From Macrostomum lignano (taxonomy: Eukaryota): a DNA stretch of 64,000 nucleotides. The position numbers and the translations under genes are program-made. Of the stretch, positions 53,821-64,000 are shown piece by piece. Each line of letters starts with the position of its first letter. Position 1 is the stretch's first letter. The stretch is from NCBI GenBank assembly GCA_002269645.1, contig NIVC01003778.1, positions 1-64,000 of the forward strand, given 5' to 3'. Below the pieces are notes generated by a model, which worked only from the letters and a program-made list of their open reading frames with translations, searched no databases and was not told the origin of the DNA.

Positions 53821-54319
53821 AAGTGAATGTCTGCGATTTAACACGTCAGAAGATGAGCTTAGAAGGCTGTTACCGCCGGATGTGTGCCAGAAGCTTTACT
53901 GCAGTAGCTGCAGCTTAGATGATAAAGTACGTTCACGGAATGGCACACAAGATGAATTTAGACAGTGCATGGGCGTTTGCTGTTTAGCGTGTACTGATGG
54001 TGCTCAACAAGGAACAAGGAAGTATCAACTAACGTTCACTCGTTGCATGCATGTTTCTCTTGTGTTGTCATTTTTTAATTTCTAAAAATGCATTTCAATC
54101 CTGTACCTATATGATGCATTAGATCTATAAAGGAGTTTTTACCATAGAAACAATCAATTCTACACGCTCAATCCATGCAATAGAAATTATGGATGTTATG
54201 ATCTTTGATCGATATTCATAATCTGCAAAAACACAAGAGACAGGAACAGTTTGGTAGATTGTGTAAATAGTTTACATATACATGTACCTTGCCGAGTGCA
54301 GCCATGAGGCATTCAAGCA

Positions 54320-54570
54320 ACGTTTGGTTTTAAAGCAGTGCAAATCCACAAACCAATATTTGTTGTCGCTCGAGGTTGGCCCCAGGTAGCGTACCCGCGG
54401 TCTCTGATAAAGAAAGGGCAGTGACAGTGACAGACAAAGTGCTGAGCATCTTCATTGTTGTATTCGCAAAAAGGGCAAAGTTCAATCTTTAAATCGCCTC
54501 GGAGGAAGCCGCGCCTGGCGACCGGTAAAGGTCATGACATGGCAAGGACTCGAATATCCTTCCGGTTTTG
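54320..54570 (-). mobile_element. Decayed LINE ORF2 3' end with CCHC zinc knuckle
   Basis: A minus frame reads RKDIRVLAMS*PLPVARRGFLRGDLKIELCPFCEYNNEDAQHFVCHCHCPFFIRDR, i.e. C-X2-C-X8-H-X2-4-C, with an in-frame stop. Confidence 0.55.
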
Positions 54571-54702
54571 GTTTAGAAGGACGGTGACAATGGTGACAAT
54601 ACAGGGATACAAGATTTATCAGCTGAATCTCAGATATGCAGCATTTCAACAGACAATACACGCATTGTTTTTCTGCTTGGTTGACGTCCTGGTCCTGAGT
54701 CA

Positions 54703-57700
54703 CTCTCTCCAGTCACTGTTTCTTCCCTCCCCAGTCACTGTTTCTTCCCTCTCCAGTCACTGTTTCTTCCCTCTCCAGTCACTGTCTCTTCCCTCTCCAG
54801 TCACTGTTTCTTCCCTCTCCAGTCACTGTTTCTTCCCTCTCCAGTCACTGTTTCTTCCCTCTCCAGTCACTGTTTCTTCCCTCTCCAGTCACTGTTTCTT
54901 CCCTCTCCAGTCACTGTTTCTTCCCTCTCCAGTCACTGTCTTCTCCCTCCAGTCACTGTTTCTCCCTCCCAGTCACTGTTTCTTCCTTCTCCAGTCACTG
55001 TTCTTCCCTCTCCAGTCACTGTTTCTTCCTTCTCCAGTCACTGTTTCTTTCCCTCCAGTCACTGTTTCTCCCTCTCCAGTCACTGTTTTTCCTTCTCCAG
55101 TCACTGTTCTTCTTTCTCCAGTCACTGTTTCTCCCTCCAGTCACTGTTTCTTCCTTCTCCAGTCACTGTTTCTCCCCTCTCCAGTCACTGTTTCTTCCCT
55201 CTCCAGTCACTGTTTCTTCCCTTTCCAGTCACTGTTTCTTCCTTGTCCAGTCACTGTTTCTTCCTTCTCCAGTCACTGTTTCTTCCTTCTCCAGTCACTG
55301 TTTCTTCCTTCTCCAGTCACTGTTTCTCCCCTCTCCAGTCACTGTTTCTTCCCTGTCCAGTCACTGTTTCTTCCTTCTCCAGTCACTGTTTCTTCCTTCT
55401 CCAGTCACTGTTTCTTCCTTCTCCAGTCACTGTTTCTTCCTTCTCCAGTCACTGTTTCTCCCCTCTCCAGTCACTGTTTCTTCCCTCTCCAGTCACTGTT
55501 TCTTCCCTCTCCAGTCACTGTTTCTTCCCTCTCCAGTCACTGTTTCTTCCCTCTCCAGTCACTGTTTCTTCCCTCTCCAGTCACTGTTTCTTCCTTCTCC
55601 AGTCACTGTTTCTTCCTTCTCCAGTCACTGTTTCTTCCCTCTCCAGTCACTGTTTCTTCCCTCCCCAGTCACTGTTTCTCCCCTCCCCAGTCACTGTTTC
55701 TTCCTTCTCCAGTCACTGTTTCTTCCCTTCCAGTCACTGTTTCTTCCTCTCCAGTCACTGTTTCTCCTCTCCAGTCACTGTTTCTCCCTCTCCAGTCACT
55801 GTTTCTTCCCTGTCCAGTCACTGTTTCTTCCCTTCTCCAGTCACTGTTTCTTCCTTCTCAGTCACTGTTTCTCCCTCTCCAGTCACTGTTTCTTCCCTCT
55901 CCAGTCACTGTTTCTTCCTTCTCAGTCACTGTTTCTCCCTCCCAGTCACTGTTTCTTCCTTCTCCAGTCACTGTTTCTTCCCTGTCCAGTCACTGTTCTT
56001 CCTTCTCCAGTCACTGTTTCTCCTTCTCCAGTCACTGTTTCTTCCTTCTCCAGTCACTGTTTTTCCTTCTTCAGTCACTGTTTCTTCCCTCCAGTCACTG
56101 TTTCTTCCCTCCCAGTCACTGTTTCTCCCTCCCAGTCACTGTTTTTCCTCCATTCATTGTTTCTCCTCTCCAGTCACTGTTTCTTCCCTCTCCAGTCACT
56201 GTTTCTTCCCTCTCCAGTCACTGTTTCTCCCCTCCCAGTCACTGTTTCTTCCTTCTCCAGTCACTGTTTCTTCCTTCTCCAGTCACTGTTTCTTCCTTCT
56301 CCAGTCACTGTTTCTTCCTTCTCCAGTCACTGTTTCTCCCCTCTCCAGTCACTGTTTCTTCCCTGTCCAGTCACTGTTTCTTCCTTCTCCAGTCACTGTT
56401 TCTTCCTTCTCCAGTCACTGTTTCTTCCTTCTCCAGTCACTGTTTCTTCCTTCTCCAGTCACTGTTTCTTCCTTCTCCAGTCACTGTTTCTCCCCTCTCC
56501 AGTCACTGTTTCTTCCTTCTCCAGTCACTGTTTCTTCCTTCTCCAGTCACTGTTTCTTCCTTCTCCAGTCACTGTTTCTTCCTTCTCCAGTCACTGTTTC
56601 TTCCTTCTCGAGTCACTGTTTCTTCCTTCTCCAGTCACTGTTTCTCCCCTCCCCAGTCACTGTTTCTTCCTTCTCCAGTCACTGTTTCTCCCCTCTCCAG
56701 TCACTGTTTCTTCCTCTCCAGTCACTGTTTCTTCCCTCTCCAGTCACTGTTTCTTCCTCTAGTCACTGTTTCTTCCTTCTCCAGTCACTGTTCTTCTTCT
56801 CCAGTCACTGTTTCTCTTCTCCAGTCACTGTTTCTTCCCTGTCCAGTCACTGTTTCTTCCCGTCCAGTCACTGTTTCTTCCTTCTCCAGTCACTGTTTTC
56901 TTCCTCTCCAGTCACTGTTTCTTTCCTCTCCAGTCACTGTTTCTTCTTCTCTCAGTCACTGTTTCTTCCCTCTCAGTCACTGTTTCTTCCCTCTCCAGTC
57001 ACTGTTTCTTCCTTTCTCCAGTCACTGTTCTTCCTCTCAGTCACTGTTTCTTCCTCTCCAGTCACTGTTTCTTCCCCCCAGTCACTGTTTCTCCCTCCCC
57101 AGTCACTGTTTTCCTTCTCCAGTCATTGTTTCTCCTCTCCAGTCACTGTTTCTCCCCTCTCCAGTCACTGTTTCTCCCCTCTCCAGTCACTGTTTCTCCC
57201 CTCCCAAGTCACTGTTTCTTCCCTGTCCAGTCACTGTTTCTTCCTTCTCCAGTCACTGTTTCTTCCTTCTCCAGTCACTGTTTCTCCCCTCTCCAGTCAC
57301 TGTTTCTTCCCTCTCCAGTCACTGTTTCTTCCTTCTCCAGTCACTGTTCTTCCTTCTCCAGTCACTGTTTCTCCTCTCCAGTCACTGTTTTTCCCTTCCA
57401 GTCACTGTTTCTTCCTCTCCAGTCACTGTTTCTTCTTCTCCAGTCACTGTTTCTTCCCTCTCCAGTCACTGTTTCTTCCTTCTCAGTCACTGTTTCTTCC
57501 TCTCCAGTCACTGTTTCTTCCTTCTCCAGTCACTGTTTCTTCCTTCTCCAGTCACTGTTTCTTCCTTCTCCATTGTTTCTCCCTCTCCAGTCACTGTTTC
57601 TCCCCTCCAGTCACTGTTTCTCCCCTCTCCAGTCACTGTTTCTTCCTCTCCCAGTCACTGTTTCTCCTCTCTCAGTCACTGTTCTTCCCTCTCCAGTCAC

Positions 57701-60700
57701 TGTTTCTTCCCTCTCCAGTCACTGTTTCTTCCCTCTCCAGTCACTGTTTCTTCCTCTCCAGTCACTGTTTCTTCCTTCTCAGTCACTGTTTCTTCCCTCT
57801 CCAGTCACTGTTTCTCTCCTCCCAGTCACTGTTTCTCCCCTCCCAGTCACTGTTTCTTCCTTCCAGTCATTGTTTCTCCCCTCCTCAGTCACTGTTTCTC
57901 CCCTCTCAGTCACTGTTTCTCCCTCTCCAGTCACTGTTTCTTCCTTCCTCCCAGTCACTGTTTCTTCCTTCCAGTCACTGTTTCTTCCTTCTCCAGTCAC
58001 TGTTTCTTCCTCTCCAGTCACTGTTTCTCCCTCTCCAGTCACTGTTTCTCCCTCTCCAGTCACTGTTTCTTCCTTCTCCAGTCACTGTTTCTTCCTTCTC
58101 CAGTCACTGTTTCTCCCCTCTCCAGTCACTGTTTCTTCCCTTCCAGTCACTGTTTCTTCCTCTCCAGTCACTGTTTCTTCCTTCTCCAGTCACTGTTTCT
58201 TCCTTCTCCAGTCACTTTCTCCTTCTCAGTCACTGTTTCTTCCCTCTCCAGTCACTGTTTCTTCCCTCCCAGTCACTGTTTCTCCTCCCAGTCACTGTTT
58301 CTTCTTCTCCAGTCATTGTTTCTCCCCTCTCCAGTCACTGTTTCTCCCTCTCCAGTCACTGTTTCTCCCTCTCCAGTCACTGTTTCTCTCCCAGTCACTG
58401 TTTCTCCCCTCTCCAGTCACTGTTTCTTCCTTCTCTCAGTCACTGTTTCTTCCCTCTCCAGTCACTGTTTCTTCCTTCTCCAGTCACTGTTTCTTCCCTT
58501 CCAGTCACTGTTTCTTCCTTCCCAGTCACTGTTTCTCCCTCCCCAGTCACTGTTTCCCCTCCTCCAGTCACTGTTTCTTCTTCTCCAGTCACTTTCTCCC
58601 CTCTCCAGTCACTTTCTTCCCTGTCCAGTCACTGTTCTTCCTTCTCCAGTCACTGTTTCTCCCCTCTCCAGTCACTGTTTCTTCCTCTCCAGTCACTGTT
58701 TCTTTCTTCTCCAGTCACTGTTTCTCCCCTCCCCAGTCACTGTTTCTTCCTTCTCCAGTCACTTTCTTCCTTCTCCAGTCACTGTTTCTCCTCTCCAGTC
58801 ACTTTTCTTCCTTCTCCAGTCACTGTTTCTTCCTCTCCAGTCACTGTTTCTTCCCTGTCCAGTCACTGTTTCTTCCTTCTCCAGTCACTGTTTCTTCCTT
58901 TCTCCAGTCACTGTTTCTTCCTCTCCAGTCACTGTTTCTTCCTTCTCCAGTCACTGTTTCTCCCCTCTCCAGTCACTGTTTCTTCCCTGTCCAGTCACTG
59001 TTTCTTCCTTCTCCAGTCACTGTTTCTTCCTTCTCCAGTCACTGTTTCTCCCCTCTCCAGTCACTGTTTCTTCCTCTCCAGTCACTGTTTCTTCCTCTCC
59101 AGTCACTGTTTCTTCCTTCTCCAGTCACTGTTTCTTCCTCCCAGTCACTGTTTCTTCCTCTCCAGTCACTGTTTCTTCCTTCTCCAGTCACTGTTTCTTC
59201 CTTCTTTCAGTCACTGTTCTCTCCCTCCAGTCACTGTTTCTTCCTTCTCCAGTCACTGTTTCTCCCCTCCCAGTCACTGTTTCTCCCCTCCCAGTCACTG
59301 TTTCTCCCCTCCCAGTCACTGTTTCTTCCTTCTCCAGTCACTGTTTCTCCCCTCCCCAGTCACTGTCTCTTCCTTCTCCAGTCACTGTCTCTTCCTTCTC
59401 CAGTCACTGTCTCTCCCCTCCCCAGTCACTGTTTCTTCCTTCTCCAGTCACTGTCTCTTCCTTCTCCAGTCACTGTTTCTTCCTTCTCCAGTCACTGTTT
59501 CTTCCTTCTCCAGTCACTGTTTCTTCCTTCTCAGTCACTGTTTCTCCCCTCCCAGTCACTGTTTCTTCCTTCCAGTCACTGTTTCTTCCCCTCTCCAGTC
59601 ACTGTTTCTCCTTCTCCAGTCACTGTTTCTTCCTCTCCAGTCACTGTTTCTTCCTTCTCAGTCACTGTTTCTCCCTCCAGTCACTGTTTCTTCCTTCCCA
59701 GTCACTCTCCCAGTCACTGTTTCTTCCTTCTCCAGTCACTGTTCTTCCTCTCCAGTCACTGTTTCTCCCCTCCCCAGTCACTGTTCTTCCTTCTCCAGTC
59801 ACTGTTTCTTCCTTCTCCAGTCACTGTTTCTCCCCTCCCCAGTCACTGTTTCTTCCTTCTCCAGTCACTGTTTCTTCCTTCTCCAGTCACTGTTTCTTCC
59901 TTCTCCAGTCACTGTTTCTTCCTTCTCCAGTCACTGTTTCTTCCTTCTCCAGTCACTGTTTCTCCCCTCCCAGTCACTGTTTCTTCCTTCCAGTCACTGT
60001 TTCTTCCCTCCAGTCACTGTTTCTTCCTTCTCCCAGTCACTGTTTCTTCCTTCTCCAGTCACTGTCTTCCTTCTCCAGTCACTGTTCTTCCCTCCCAGTC
60101 ACTGTTTCTTCCCTCCAGTCACTGTTTCTCCCTCTCCAGTCACTGTTTCTTCCTTCTCCAGTCACTGTCTCTCCCCTCCAGTCACTGTTTCTTCCCTCTC
60201 CAGTCACTGTTTCTTTCCCCTCTCCAGTCACTGTTTCTTCCTTCCCAGTCACTGTTTCTCCCCTCTCCAGTCACTGTTTCTTCCTTCTCCAGTCACTGTT
60301 TCTTCCTTCTCCAGTCACTGTTTCTTCCTTCTCCAGTCACTGTTTCTTCCTTCTCCAGTCACTGTTTCTCCCCTCCTCAGTCACTGTTTCTTCCTTCTCC
60401 AGTCACTGTTTCTTCCTCTCCAGTCACTGTTTCTTCCTTCTCCAGTCACTGTTTCTTCCTTCTCCAGTCACTGTTTCTTCCTCTCCAGTCACTGTTTCTT
60501 CCTTCTCCAGTCACTGTTTCTCTTCCTCTCCAGTCACTGTTTCTCCCTCCCAGTCACTGTCTTCCTTCTCCAGTCACTGTCTCTTCCTTCTCCAGTCACT
60601 GTTTCTCCCTCCCCAGTCACTGTTTCTTCCCTCCCAGTCACTGTTTCTTCCCTCTCCAGTCACTGTTTCTCCCTCTCCAGTCACTGTTTCTTCCCTCCCA

Positions 60701-63700
60701 GTCACTGTTTCTTCTTCTCCAGTCACTGTTTCTCCTCTCCAGTCACTGTTTCTCCCTCCAGTCACTGTTTCTTCCTTCTCCAGTCACTGTTTCTCCCCTC
60801 TCCAGTCACTGTTTCTTCCCTCCAGTCACTGTTTCTTCCTTCTCCAGTCACTGTTTCTCCTTCTCCAGTCACTGTTTCTCCCTCCAGTCACTGTTTCTTC
60901 CTTCTCCAGTCACTGTTTCTTCCTTCTCCAGTCACTGTTTCTCCCCTCCCCAGTCACTGTTTCTTCCTTCTCCAGTCACTGTTTCTCCCCTCCCCAGTCA
61001 CTGTCTTCTTCCTTCTCCAGTCACTGTTCTTCCTTCTCCAGTCACTGTTTCTTCCCTCCCTCAGTCACTGTTTTCCTCCCAGTCACTGTTTCTTCCTTCT
61101 CCAGTCACTGTTTCTCCCTCCCCAGTCACTGTTTCTCCTCCTCCAGTCACTGTTTCTTCCTTCTCCAGTCACTGTCTCTCCCCTCCCCAGTCACTGTTTC
61201 TTCCTTCCCAGTCACTGTCTCTTCCTTCTCCAGTCACTGTTTCTCCCCTCCCCAGTCACTGTTTCTCCCCTCCCCAGTCACTGTCTCTTCCTTCTCCAGT
61301 CACTGTTTCTCCCCTCCCCAGTCACTGTTTCTCCCCTCCCCAGTCACTGTTCTCCTTCTCCAGTCACTGTTTCTTCCCCCCAGTCACTGTTTCCCCTCCC
61401 CAGTCACTGTCTCTTCCTTCTCCAGTCACTGTCTCTTCCTTCTCCAGTCACTGTCTCTCCCCTCCCCAGTCACTGTTTCTTCCTTCTCCAGTCACTGTTT
61501 CTTCCTTCTCCAGTCACTGTTTCTCCCTCCCAGTCACTGTTTCTCCCTCCCCAGTCACTGTTTCTTCCTTCTCCAGTCACTGTTTCTCCCTCCAGTCACT
61601 GTTTTCCCTCCAGTCACTGTTTCTTCCTTCTCCAGTCACTGTTTCTCCCCTCCCAGTCACTGTTTCTTCCCTCCAGTCACTGTTTCTCCTTCTCCAGTCA
61701 CTGTTTCTTCCTTCTCCAGTCACTGTTTCTCCCCTCCCCAGTCACTGTTTCTTCCTTCTCCAGTCACTGTTTCTCCCTCCCAGTCACTGTTTCTTCCTTC
61801 TCCAGTCACTGTTTCTTCCCTCTCCAGTCACTGTTTCTTCCTTCTCCAGTCACTGTTTCTTCCTTCTCCAGTCACTGTTTCTTCCTTCTCCAGTCACTGT
61901 TCTCCCTCCAGTCACTGTTTCTCTCCAGTCACTGTTTCTTCCTCTCCAGTCACTGTTTCTTCCTTCCTCAGTCACTGTTTCTCCTCCCCAGTCACTGTTT
62001 CTTCCTTCTCCAGTCACTGTTTCTCCTTCTCCAGTCACTGTTTCTTCCTTCTCCAGTCACTGTTTCTTCCTTCTCCAGTCACTGTTTCTTCCTTCTCCAG
62101 TCACTGTTTCTTCCTTCTCCAGTCACTGTTTCTTCCTTCTCCAGTCACTGTTTCTTCCTTCTCCAGTCACTGTTTCTTCCTTCTCCAGTCACTGTTTCTT
62201 CCTTCTCCAGTCACTGTTTCTTCCTTCTCCAGTCACTGTTTCTTCCTTCTCCAGTCACTGTTTCTTCCTTCTCCAGTCACTGTTTCTTCCTTCTCCAGTC
62301 ACTGTTTCTTCCTTCTCCAGTCACTGTTTCTCCCCTCCCCAGTCACTGTTTCTTCCTTCTCCAGTCACTGTTTCTTCCCCTCCAGTCACTGTTTCTCCTT
62401 CCCAGTCACTGTTTCTTCCTTCTCCAGTCACTGTTCTTCTTCTCCAGTCACTGTTTCTCCCCTCCAGTCACTGTTCTTCCTTCTCCAGTCACTGTTTCTT
62501 CCTTCTCCAGTCACTGTTTCTCCCTCCCAGTCACTGTTTCTTCCTTCTCCAGTCACTGTTCTTCCTTCCCAGTCACTGTTTCTTCTCTCCAGTCACTGTT
62601 TCTTCCCTCTCCAGTCACTGTTCTTCCTTCTCCAGTCACTGTTTCTCCTCCCAGTCACTGTTTCTTCCCTCCAGTCACTGTTTCTTCCTTCTCCAGTCAC
62701 TGTTTCTCCCTCCAGTCACTGTTTCTTCCTCCAGTCACTGTTTCTCCCTCCCAGTCACTGTTTCTTCCTTCTCCAGTCACTGTTTCTCCCCTCCAGTCAC
62801 TGTCTCTTCCTTCTCCAGTCACTGTCTCTTCCTTCTCCAGTCACTGTCTCTCCCTCCCAGTCACTGTTTCTTCCTTCTCCAGTCACTGTTTCTTCCTTCT
62901 CCAGTCACTGTTTCTTCCTTCTCCAGTCACTGTTTCTCCCCTCCCCAGTCACTGTTTCTTCCTTCTCCAGTCACTGTTTCTCCCCTCCCCAGTCACTGTC
63001 TCTTCCTTCTCCAGTCACTGTCTCTTCCTTCTCCAGTCACTGTTCTCCCTCCCCAGTCACTGTTTCTCCCTGTCCAGTCACTGTCTCTTCCTTCTCCAGT
63101 CACTGTTTCTCCCCTCCCAGTCACTGTTTCTCCCCTCCCAGTCACTGTTTCTCCCCTCCCAGTCACTGTTTCTTCCTTCTCCAGTCACTGTTTCTCCCTC
63201 CCAGTCACTGCTCTTCCTTCTCCAGTCACTGTTTCTCCCCTCCAGTCACTGTTTCTCCCTCCAGTCACTGTTTCTCCCTCCCCAGTCACTGTCTCTTCCT
63301 TCTCCAGTCACTGTCTCTTCCTTCTCCAGTCACTGTCTCTCCCCTCCCCAGTCACTGTTTCTTCCTTCTCCAGTCACTGTTTCTTCCTTCTCCAGTCACT
63401 GTTTCTTCCTTCTCCAGTCACTGTTTCTCCCCTCCCCAGTCACTGTTTCTTCCTTCTCCAGTCACTGTTTCTCCCCTCCCCAGTCACTGTCTCTTCCTTC
63501 TCCAGTCACTGTCTCTTCCTTCTCCAGTCACTGTCTCTCCCCTCCCCAGTCACTGTTTCTTCCCTGTCCAGTCACTGTCTCTTCCTTCTCCAGTCACTGT
63601 CTCTCCCCTCCCCAGTCACTGTTTCTCCCTCCCAGTCACTGTCTCTTCCTTCTCCAGTCACTGTTTCTCCCCTCCCCAGTCACTGTTTCTCCCCTCCCCA

Positions 63701-64000
63701 GTCACTGTCTCTCCCTCCCCAGTCACTGTTTCTTCCCTGTCCAGTCACTGTCTCTTCCTTCTCCAGTCACTGTTTCTCCCCTCCCCAGTCACTGTTTCTC
63801 CCCTCCCCAGTCACTGTCTCTTCCTTCTCCAGTCACTGTTTCTCCCCTCCCAGTCACTGTTTCTCCCCTCCCAGTCACTGTTTCTCCCCTCCCAGTCACT
63901 GTCTCTTCCTTCTCCAGTCACTGTCTCTTCCTTCTCCAGTCACTGTCTCTCCCCTCCCCAGTCACTGTTTCTCCCCTCCCCAGTCACTGTTTCTCCCCTC
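54703..64000. repeat. >9.3-kb pyrimidine-rich ~22-bp satellite (CCAGTCACTGTTTCTTCCTTCT), runs off the window
   Basis: The CAGTCACTGT core is nearly invariant, with a variable C/T linker; over 400 copies. Confidence 0.98.

Noticed and set aside
52697-54085. Cys-rich QNECLQC protein (keratin-associated or metallothionein-like)
   Set aside because: It is a 21-bp tandem repeat open in several frames on both strands, with no signal peptide or unique domain.

Overview
Eukaryotic (metazoan) genomic DNA with GT-AG introns, GC-rich exons and many intronic mini- and microsatellites. It may be a free-living flatworm such as Macrostomum, but that is inference from style only. Left half: a frameshifted 7TM GPCR-like locus (+, ~0.6-1.9 kb) and a minus-strand multi-exon gene (4.9 to at least 22.2 kb, probably 24.8 kb) for an EGF-LamG-EGF-LamG-EGF-LamG protein of the agrin/pikachurin/EYS group. 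I assembled 12 of its exons by hand with consistent phases, and most of its introns hold a different tandem repeat. Middle: a 3.1-kb indel-free 20-bp satellite, a LINE fragment and hAT-type non-autonomous elements. Right half: five co-directional genes (URI1, an intronless divergent STAT, RNASEH2C, mitochondrial GrpE, HSP90B1/GRP94). HSP90B1 has UPRE and ERSE promoter motifs and a 15-nt terminal exon that encodes only KTEL-stop. The window ends in a 21-bp array, a decayed LINE 3' end and more than 9 kb of pyrimidine-rich ~22-bp satellite. Most long ORFs in the supplied track are repeat artefacts. I found no rRNA, tRNA or CRISPR. Coordinates were counted by hand and repeat boundaries are approximate.
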